From NCBI GenBank assembly GCA_002269645.1, contig NIVC01002053.1, positions 1-64,000 on the forward strand: DNA of 64,000 bases, given 5' to 3'. Within the stretch, counting starts at the first letter, position 1. Every line of letters begins with the position of its first letter. The notes beneath the pieces are model-generated. The model ran no database searches and had not been told where the DNA came from. It saw nothing but the letters and a program-made list of their open reading frames with translations. Position numbers and translations under genes: made by a program. The stretch is from Macrostomum lignano (taxonomy: Eukaryota). Of this stretch, positions 12,653-22,599 are shown in pieces.

Positions 12653-13205
12653 GAGATCATGTCTGTGAGATCATGTCTGTGAGATCATTTGTGTGCGATC
12701 ATGTCTGTGAGATCATTTGTGTGCGATCATGTCTGTGAGATCATTTGTGTGCGATCATGTCTGTGAGATCATGTGTGTGCGATCATGTCTGTGAGATCAT
12801 TTGTGTGCGATCATGTCTGTGAGATCATGTGTGTGCGATCATGTCTGTGAGATCATGTGTGTGCGATCATGTCTGTGAGATCATTTGTGTGCGATCATGT
12901 CTGTGAGATCATGTGTGTGCGATCATGTCTGTGAGATCATTTGTGTGCGATCATGTCTGTGAGATCATGTGTGTGCGATCATGTCTGTGAGATCATGTGT
13001 GTGCGATCATGTCTGTGAGATCATGTGTGTGCGATCATGTCTGTGAGATCATGTGTGTGCGATCATGTCTGTGAGATCATGTGTGTGCGATCATGTCTGT
13101 GAGATCATGTGTGTGCGATCATGTCTGTGAGATCATTTGTGTGCGATCATGTCTGTGAGATCATGTGTGTGCAATCATGTCTGTGAGATCATGTCTGTGA
13201 GATCT
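12653..13205. repeat. 28-bp minisatellite made of two related 14-mers (GATCATGTCTGTGA/GATCATGTGTGTGC)
   Basis: Direct inspection. Confidence 0.95.
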
Positions 13206-14049
13206 GTCTGTGAGATCTGCCTGAGAGATCTATCCGATATTTGTCAGAGATCTGTATCGCTGAGATCTCACAGAGATCTGTCTCTACAATCCGCATCAGA
13301 GATCTGTGCCTGTAAATGAGACCATACTCTAAGATCTACGAGTAACACCGTGCTCTGTCGCTCAGCCACCGTCTGTGACTAAATTTCCTATATAAGAATT
13401 ATAGTTTAATATTGCTTGTCTCTGGGTATTAATCATTTCCGGGATGTACTTCAGACCCGATGAGCTTCACAAACCAGATTAGATTAGCATCTACCAGCGC
13501 AAAGCTCTCCAGAGTCCAAGTCCAAACCTCAGCGATAGGAAAGCATAAGCGGCAGGAATAGAGGATATTTATGACTCGCGCCAAGAATTCCCAACTGAGG
13601 GTGGGGGAGCAGCCGAGCTAATGGAATATCTCCTTAATTATTTTTTGAGAAAGCAAAAATAAATTATTAGAGAGAGATAGAGAGAGGGGCGCACAATCGC
13701 TGTTAAGATAATTGATTCCGGACTCGACTGCCACTCCAAATTGTCATCGGAGACGGCAGTCGAATGAGGTTTTTTCTCTACTTGGCTCGCGAGAAAAATA
13801 AATTAATGCAATGGGGATCTTCATTATTTGGCATCGGTATTGAGTGCGTGTCGCATTTCGGCACTAGCTGACAAAGTTTTCAGACAGTTGGCCGCAAATG
13901 TTATCACCAGCATCTCTCCTGCTCTCGTCTGTTGGCCTAAACAATTAGATCAACCGCAGAATTGATAATTTGCCTGATAAATTTCAGAGTCAGTTGGTAA
14001 TTCTGCAATTTCCATATTGTGCACTTTTGTATAATATATTTAAATACTT

Positions 14050-15150
14050 CTGGGATGGGTGATTCTGGGATGGGTGATTGTGGGATGGGCGATTCTGGGA
14101 TGGGTGATTCTGGGATGGGTGATTGGGGATGGGTGATTGGGGATGGGTGATTGGGGATGGGTGATTGTGGGATGGGTGATTGTGGGATGGGTGATTCTGG
14201 GATGGGCGATTCTGGGATGGGTGATTCTGGGATGGGTGATTGGGGATGGGTGATTGGGGATGGGTGATTGGGGATGGGTGATTGTGGGATGGGTGATTCT
14301 GGGATGGGTGATTCTGGGATGGTTGATTCTGGGATGGGTGATTGTGGGATGGGTGATTGTGGGATGGGTGATTGTGGGATGGGTGATTCTGGGATGGGTG
14401 ATTCTGGGATGGGTGATTGGGGATGGGTGATTGGGGATGGGTGATTGTGGGATGGGTGATTGTGGGATGGGTGATTGTGGGATGGGCGATTCTGGGATGG
14501 GTGATTGTGGGATGGGTGATTGTGGGATGGGTGATTGTGGGATGGGTGATTGTGGGATGGGTGATTGTGGGATGGGTGATTGTGGGATGGGTGATTCTGG
14601 GATGGGTGATTGTGGGATGGGTGATTCTGGGATGGGTGATTGTGGGATGGGTGATTCTGGGATGGGTGATTCTGGGATGGGTGATTGTGGGATGGGCGAT
14701 TCTGGGATGGGTGATTGTGGGATGGGCGATTCTGGGATGGGTGATTCTGGGATGGGTGATTCTGGGATGGGTGATTCTGGGATGGGTGATTGTGGGATGG
14801 GTTATTGGGGATGGGTGATTCTGGGATGGGTGATTGTGGGATGGGCGATTCTGGGATGGGTGATTCTGGGATGGGTGATTGTGGGATGGGCGATTCTGGG
14901 ATGGGTGATTCTGGGATGGGTGATTCTGGGATGGGTGATTCTGGGATGGGTGATTGTGGGATGGGTGATTGTGGGATGGGTTATTGGGGATGGGTGATTC
15001 TGGGATGGGTGATTGTGGGATGGGTGATTTTGGGATGGGTGATTGTGGGATGGGTGATTGTGGGATTGGTGATTGGGGATGGGTGATTGGGGATGGGTGA
15101 TTGGGGATGGGTGATTGTGGGATGGGTGATTGGGGGATGGGTGATTGGGG
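14050..15150. repeat. 15-bp G-rich minisatellite (GGGATGGGTGATT[C/G]T)
   Basis: Direct inspection. Confidence 0.95.
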
Positions 15151-15772
15151 GATGGACGATCGAATGACTGATATTTTTTGAAGCTTTGATGTGCGCCTTT
15201 GGTTTCCTTTATTGTTAATCTAGATGCCGCTAAAAAGATCTAATTTTAATAGAATATATTAATTGCTAGGAAATTATCATGATCATCACGTGACGAACCG
15301 CACCTCCTATGATCAGGATCAGGATCGCAGGTGAATTGGGCATCTATGGCAGACGCTATTCTCACTCATGTTTCAGATCTAACCAAAGCAGAACTTCCAT
15401 CAGCATAACCAACTCAAACACCCAAGCTGTGAGATCAGCTCACAGCTCATTTGCTCATCAGTTCTTTCGTTGCCAGCACTTCTCAATCGAGGAGCAGCCA
15501 ATCAGACGACTTGAGCTCTGCGATTCTGGGATTTGGGATTGGCTGGCAGTCCCGATGAAGACCTGAGCTCACAGCACAGCGAAAATCTCTTATTCAAATT
15601 GAAAGAGTACGGCTGTTCAGTCGCTAGTCCCGATTTTGACCAGCCAACGCTTTCCAGTCGCCCGAAACTCTTCTTCAGTGAGTGCATCGAAGCTTTTCAT
15701 TTCAGCTGCACAGGTGCGAGTGCTGAATACTTGTTGGAGTGTATGCCTGTTTGTACAGGACTGTTGGCTGCT

Positions 15773-16508
<736 letters not shown>

Positions 16509-16715
16509 GCCGCTCCTGCAGTGACAGGAACATAAACATTCATCTCCATTCTGTGCGGCAAAACAGCAAGCAGCAAACAGCTCAAGCTCATGAGGCTAAA
16601 ATTGGTCACGCATTTCTGCACACAAAAGGCTTTCTCTATTGATCAATACCGCTCCAGGAAATGATTAATACTGTATCTTGCTCTGTTTACCATCGCTGAT
16701 TCAACAGGCAAAGAG

Positions 16716-18120
16716 ATGCTCCGCAGACTGGAGACCACCGGCCTCATGCTTGCTGTCTGCTGCCTGTCGCTGCTCCTGGCTTCGAGCGGGCGCGTCGCCC
16801 TGGGCGAGGTGAGAAACACAATGACTTTCTGCGATCTGGAACTGCTGTAATGAGCTCTATTCGCATTCGCAGTCTGAATACATTCGCGCATCAATTGTGC
16901 ATTCGCTCTCCTTTGCAGGGGCGTAGCCAGGGGGCAAGGGCTGAGGGCGCGGTCCCTCCCCAATATGGCTGGCAAAGGTATATGGCGCCCCCTAGCAACA
17001 GCTTTGGCTTTGGGGGGGGGGGCTTTGGGAAGGGGCAGAGCAACTCAGCGGTAAAACGCGTCTGACTCTCGCGTCACAGACCTCTGGTTCGATTCCGTGT
17101 GCGGCTACTTTCATTTGAGGCTTGTGTGGCCCAGGGAGTTGTCGCACGATTCAAACCCACACGGCCAACTTCAAAAGCACAGAGACTGTACATGCCTGAG
17201 GATTAGAAAGTCAGGGCCGCTGTACACCCTGTGTGAGCGTGTATGAGTGCGTGCCTGCGTACAGTATTGGCGCGCTTGTATGATTGTGGGACGATGTCGC
17301 CGAAGACGTTGCGCCAGGGTAGCTGTGCCTACAGAGGTGCAGAATCTCCTTGAATGCGTCCCTCCTCTTTCGTGCTTGAACGGGACAATGAGAGCGGAGC
17401 AAATTGATTGTATGGGAATGTCATCAGCGTTCCGTATCTGCTTTCTCTCTTAGTAGTGTTCATTAGGAATATTACCGTCCTTAGCTATCATTGGGCTGCA
17501 ACAGGTCTAAGAATATTCTTTTTCGACTCATTCAGACCGCCGAATTCGACAACGACGGCGATGCACTGACCGAGTACCAGTTGATGCCAGATCGCGACGA
17601 ATTGCTGTCGGACGAGTTCAAAGACTACGACGACTGGTCGAAGAGGAACTTGGGGTCTGCTCTGCGCTTGCGCGGAAAGAGACACATGGGATCACCTTTC
17701 CGCTGGAGGGGTAAGAAGAACATGGGATCTGCCATGCGATTCCGCGGCAAGAAGAACATGGGATCTGCCATGCGATTCCGCGGCAAGAAGAACATGGGAT
17801 CTGCCATGCGATTCCGCGGCAAGAAGAACATGGGATCTGCCATGCGATTCCGCGGCAAGAAGAACATGGGATCTGCCATGCGATTCCGCGGCAAGAAGAA
17901 CATGGGATCTGCCATGCGATTCCGCGGCAAGAAGAACATGGGATCTGCCATGCGATTCCGCGGCAAGAAGAACATGGGATCTGTCATGCGATTCCGCGGC
18001 AAGAAGAACATGGGATCTGCCATGCGATTCCGCGGCAAGAAGAACATGGGATCTGCCATGCGATTCCGCGGCAAGAAGAACATGGGATCCGCCATGCGGT
18101 TTTATGACAAATATTATTAG
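16716..18120 (+). CDS. Neuropeptide prohormone, ~225 aa (exons 16716-16808 and 17536-18120), with 12 predicted amidated peptides
   Basis: Exon 1 is signal-peptide-like (MLRRLETTGLMLAVCCLSLLLASSGRVALGE) with a phase-0 GTGAGA donor. Exon 2 starts at TTCAG|ACC in phase 0 and has an acidic spacer, then KR-NLGSALRLRG-KR-HMGSPFRWRG-KK-(NMGS[A/V]MRFRG-KK)x10-NMGSAMRFYDKYY*. Confidence 0.9.
17032..17290 (+). mobile_element. tRNA-derived SINE-like repeat, family B, in the prohormone intron
   Basis: A-box-like CAACTCAGCGGTAAAACGCG and B-box GGTTCGATTCC (17086-17096). The body matches the reverse complement of 51951-52158. Confidence 0.65.
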
Positions 18121-18316
18121 ACAAATTTGATGTAACGATCGTACATTTGAAAAACTATTTGAGAACCAGGAAAATATAATTTAGCTGCCGCGAATACTCC
18201 GCTGCCGTCGATCGCTGCAGATCAGAGATATGAATTGTTTAAAAAATTCAAGCTTAAGATGCCCTGAAACTCGATGTCGTATTGTCGTACTTGACGTATT
18301 TGTAGAAACAGATATT

Positions 18317-19083
18317 GCTTTTGTCAGCCTAACTGAGAATGAAGCCATCCAAACTGAGAATCCTCCATAGGAAGGACCTTGGCTGCGTCTTGCCTTAGTC
18401 TATGGGCCATGGACTGCAAAAGCCAAGCAAAATGATGAAAAGCCAGACACACTGAGAATCGATCGGTTTCCTTCTTTCCCAGCTCCCTCCAGCCCCTCCG
18501 AGCTCAACCCTCTTCGATCACTGCTTCTCCAACTCCAGCGCCAAGTTGCGAATAAATAAAGTACACGACGTATAAAATTGGATCGCTTATTTACTTCTAC
18601 CATTCTAAGTCTGGAATCCGTAGTCTATGGTCCAACTTGAATTCCTACTTGAAATCGGAAGCATTAAATTGAAAATAGTTTGAGTGAATGCTAACGAAGG
18701 AATTTTATGTAAATAAGCAATGATATTTCGTATATGATAAACGCTTTTCAATTCATAGTCTATGGTTAGAACATCCTCGGCAGCATTCAATTGTTCAAAT
18801 GTCCGATGCTGCATATAACGGTCCCGAGGCGAAAAAACGGGCCGAGGACCATTGAGTGCTGCCGAGGACGTTCTAACCATAGACTATGAATTGAACAGCG
18901 TTTATCATTTACATAAACCAATCGATTCTCAGTGTGGGTGGCTTTTATCACTTTGCTTGGCTTTTGCGTCTATGGCCCATAGACTAAGGCAAGGACGCAG
19001 CCAAAGCCCTTCGCAGGCAGCGTACGCTCGTATGGAGGATCCCCAGTTTGAATGGTTTGATTCTCAGTTAGGTTGTCAAAAGC
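18317..19083. mobile_element. Foldback / long inverted-repeat element with an interrupted left arm
   Basis: 18734-18791 pairs with 18851-18908 (58 bp, 3 mismatches, 59-nt loop). 18317-18472 pairs with ~18915-19083. Confidence 0.75.
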
Positions 19084-19737
19084 TATGCTGAAAATTTGTG
19101 CTAAAATTCAGTTCCAAGTTCTAATCCAAGTTCTAGTCTACTTGTAAATGTGAAGAAACGCACCTACACGACAAGTTTCGGAATACGAGTATAGAAAATG
19201 ACGCTCGGTATGACGCTTTGAGCAAAGAGTTCAGTGAGATTCCCCCCTGTCATTGAAGCTTGACGAGTAGAATGCCTTTCGTATAGGTTCTATCCTGTCT
19301 TAAAATATTTTAGATTCACACCATAGTGACTCTGAGCTATAGGAATCTCCGTGCAAGGGTCTATTTTGGCCTATTATTCTTCGCTCTGTCTTTCTTGTGT
19401 ACAAACTATTTTTTGACACGAGTTTCTTCTTCATGGGTCTGTGCCTGTGCAGTACTGTGAGCACCGGTGGCTGGACGGTTTCGTAGTGCGAAAAAATAAC
19501 TCGAGGGCTTCTGGCAAATCTTTGACTGAGCTGCCTGGCTTTTTCAAAATGGATAGCCAATTCAGTGTATTTGCAGCAATCAAAAAATACCATTTCAAAC
19601 TCACGTAAAACATGGGATGGAATGATGAGAGAATCCAGAATGCGTTGTACATTTGATTGACATTGATTGACAGGGTAGAAAAGCACCTGAGTATGTAGCT
19701 GGACATGCAGCAGGAATACATGTAATTACAAACAGAT

Positions 19738-20235
19738 TCAATGCTCAAGTGCTAGCAGTACGCACATCTGTGGGTGCACTATCACTCGCTCATACAGGTG
19801 CAAGCCGTTACATGAGCCAATGTACACAAAAGCCACCTGGCTGAACTCCTCAAGCCGGACGCCCTTGCTGCAGCGGTACCTGTCCCCATCCAGAGACTTC
19901 GGTTCTGCGGACAGGCAGACCCGGTCCGTGAAGCAGGGAGCGCCGCCAAGGCACGGCTTGCCCTCGAAGGTGAAGTTCTTCGTCTGAGCGAACGGGCACG
20001 GAGAGTCGCCGTCGCCCACAGGCGGTTCGATCACGCTTGCTGGGCCGCCTCGCAGCTCGGCCGGTGGGGCCAGAGAGAAAATCTGCTGGCCCGATGCCAG
20101 CTTGTCCTGCGACAGGCCGGGCACCGAGGCGCTGCACGACCTGAAGAGGTCGCCGGCTCCGAGGGGCGCTGCGAGAATGGGAGCGGGGAAAATCCAGAGG
20201 GCCAGCAGAGGGGAGATTAAGCAGAAAAACTGCAT
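19738..20235 (-). CDS. Secreted cysteine-rich protein of unknown family, 165-aa ORF (3' end may be spliced)
   Basis: Hydrophobic signal-peptide-like N-terminus MQFFCLISPLLALWIFPAPILA, 8 Cys in the mature part, GC-rich coding-like codons. Confidence 0.7.
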   Translation of the reverse strand: MQFFCLISPLLALWIFPAPILAAPLGAGDLFRSCSASVPGLSQDKLASGQQIFSLAPPAELRGGPASVIEPPVGDGDSPCPFAQTKNFTFEGKPCLGGAPCFTDRVCLSAEPKSLDGDRYRCSKGVRLEEFSQVAFVYIGSCNGLHLYERVIVHPQMCVLLALEH

Positions 20236-21537
20236 CTCGAACTGAATTTTATTAGCTGTTTAATTTGTTTTGAGATTTTTCTGAACTTGCTGAGATATAT
20301 ACTCCAGCAACAGTCAGACAAGTTCCACCTTCCCAAATGAGAATAATGCGAACTTCTGATTGTTGCTGAGATATCGGAGTCAATATATACTGCATGTGCG
20401 TAGGAAGCAGTGAAGCTGGCTCCACGGAAAACCCATCGGCAAAAATTAGTCTCAAGCAAAAAAAGATGTAGCTAGGCATTTCAAAAATAGTAGTGCTGAA
20501 AAGTGAGCTTTTCTTCAATTTTTGGCTCCTAATAAGCAAAAGACAGCTCAATACTACATCACACCTGCAATATAATGTGTACTACTACCACATGACAGTT
20601 GCTAAAAATAGCAACATCTCAACAACGCCAAATTCTATTCTTGAATGTGAGCTAAAGCTACGGACAATTAGCTGTAACCATATAGCTAAGCTACGCAAAG
20701 CTCAAGTTAAAGTTAAGAATCAATAAATAAAACTTCATAGATTTACACTTGCAACTGGCAACTTTGTTTGTCAAACCATCAATTAGCGCATCAATTTTTT
20801 TCCGAATAAATGAGGTTCCCTCAAATTGCGAAAATGAAAGGAAATTATTCAGCTCTCTCACTTAACCTCCATCACAAAAGTCAAAGTTTTTGAAAGTATA
20901 TATAGCTTGACTATTCTTATTATTCTTAACATTAAAAAACTTCAGCAAAATTTAGCTGCAAAATACACAAAGAAAATATTATCATGCAGGTTTATTGAAA
21001 AAGCTAGCATCTGACAAAAGATCCTGTACTGACCATGACAGATCATTATAGACCGTGTCCGTATTATAGATCCAAAGTGTTTGTCAACAAGAAATGCATT
21101 ACGAAGTCCGAACAAAAGTTTCGTTTGCTTGCAGCTGTCAGTATAAATACTTCTGTATCTCAATGTCCTTTGGAGCAACGATTACGCGAGCTCTATATAG
21201 GAGTGAGCTTTACAAGTGTGCATCCAGCCAGTTACATGTGCAGCTATAGGAATCGATTATCAGCTTGTCGGCAATCGTTCGAGAAGAGTTTGAATTGGAT
21301 GCTTTTTAATTAGTTCAGCCACTAGCAATCAGCGCCCTCTCGTTGGGGAGCCAAAAAATGCAGTACAAGTTGGTTTAATAAACAACATGTAGCGTCTCTT
21401 TGCATTTTACCCCAGCAGTCCCCTGTAAGCCTTGACATGTCAGCAATTCCCCCCACAAGCCTTAACAAATCATCTCCCCCCTTGACATCTCAGCGATGCC
21501 TCCATAAGCCTTGAAATCTTAAAAATATGTCAACTTT

Positions 21538-21590
21538 CTAACCCTAACCCTAGCCTAACCCGCCTAACCCTAACCCTAACTCTAACCCTA
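21538..21590. repeat. Short interstitial telomere-like (CCCTAA)n tract
   Basis: CTAACCCTAACCCTAGCCTAACCCGCCTAACCCTAACCCTAACTCTAACCCTA. Confidence 0.8.
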
Positions 21591-21605
21591 AAGCATTGAC
21601 ATTTG

Positions 21606-21791
21606 CAGGCGCGGATCCAGGAATTTCTTGAGGGGGGGGCAACTTTTTTCATACTGCCCCGAGTAGGAACCCACGCCAAGGCCCAAGCCCTTTCTTTACT
21701 TAGAAGGGGGCCAAAGGCCAAGAGCAGAATTTTTTTCGAGGCAGCTGAGGGGGGCCATGGCCCCCTTGGCCCCCCCCAGGATCCGCCACTG
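21606..21791. mobile_element. hAT-type MITE, 186 bp
   Basis: Imperfect TIRs CAGGCGCGGATCC / GGATCCGCCACTG. Perfect 8-bp TSD GACATTTG at 21598-21605 and 21792-21799. Confidence 0.85.
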
Positions 21792-22337
21792 GACATTTGT
21801 AAGCATTTCTTTTGGACTTGGTGAGTTGGGAAACCCGTGACATACTTCGCCAAAAATATGTGTGTACATGCACGAGCGCATATATATGATACCTACCAAG
21901 TAGTCTCACTTAAGTCGTCTTTGGTAATTATGAATCTACGTACGTACATCGAAAAATATCAAACCTATCCACCAGTTTTTTCTTTTCCATAGCTGAATAA
22001 ATAAATTTCAGGATATACCCCCCTTGAAACAGTGTCTTTGATGTCAATAACATTCTAATATTTTACGAAGTATACCACTTTTCAACTCCTAAATGGAGGT
22101 TTAGAAGTTCAATTCTCATTTTTCACAAACTGAAACTAATTTCTTGAAAGTAGCTAAACATCCTGCCGAATGTCCTGCCGAATGAATTATAAATACAATT
22201 ATAATACAGTAAGTTGTTATACTTCTATTTTTCTTGGATTAATACTGGTTCTAAAATCGCGCCGCAAAGCATATAAAACGTATGTCTAGTCATACGTAGG
22301 TACGTATACAGTGACACAAGTGGCTGTTGTGTCACTG

Positions 22338-22538
22338 CAAGCGCCGCGGAACAGGGGGGGGGGGGGCAGCTGCCCCCCTGACATTGAGTTGGGGGGCATT
22401 GCCCCCCTCAAATACCGTTCAACAGCATAATTTTGCTCAAATTTTTGGTCACTGTCCAAGACAGGGTCTGGGCTTGAGTTTCGGAAACTTGGTCCTGCCC
22501 CCCCCCCCCCCTGGCAAAAACTCATTCCGCGGCGCCTG
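22338..22538. mobile_element. hAT-type MITE, 201 bp
   Basis: TIRs CAAGCGCCGCGGAA / TTCCGCGGCGCCTG (13/14 match). Perfect 8-bp TSD TGTCACTG at 22330-22337 and 22539-22546. Confidence 0.85.
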
Positions 22539-22599
22539 TGTCACTGTATCTGACTGAAAGACTGAAAAAATTAGGCGCAGAGTTAGCTACATGGCGCAT

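Noticed and set aside
16916-17030. Complete MITE starting CAGGGGCGTAGCCAGG
   Set aside because: No matching right TIR or TSD was found nearby; at most a truncated end.
17625-18095. Antisense ORF (MADPMFFLPRNR)n
   Set aside because: Shadow of the prohormone repeat; no signal peptide or processing logic.
19300-19748. ORFs 19300-19686 and 19431-19748 as further exons of the Cys-rich gene
   Set aside because: AT-rich, no recognisable motifs, and several incompatible splice options; not supportable without cDNA.
21538-21590. True telomere or chromosome fusion site
   Set aside because: Only ~50 bp, degenerate, and embedded among MITEs; more likely part of a repeat element.
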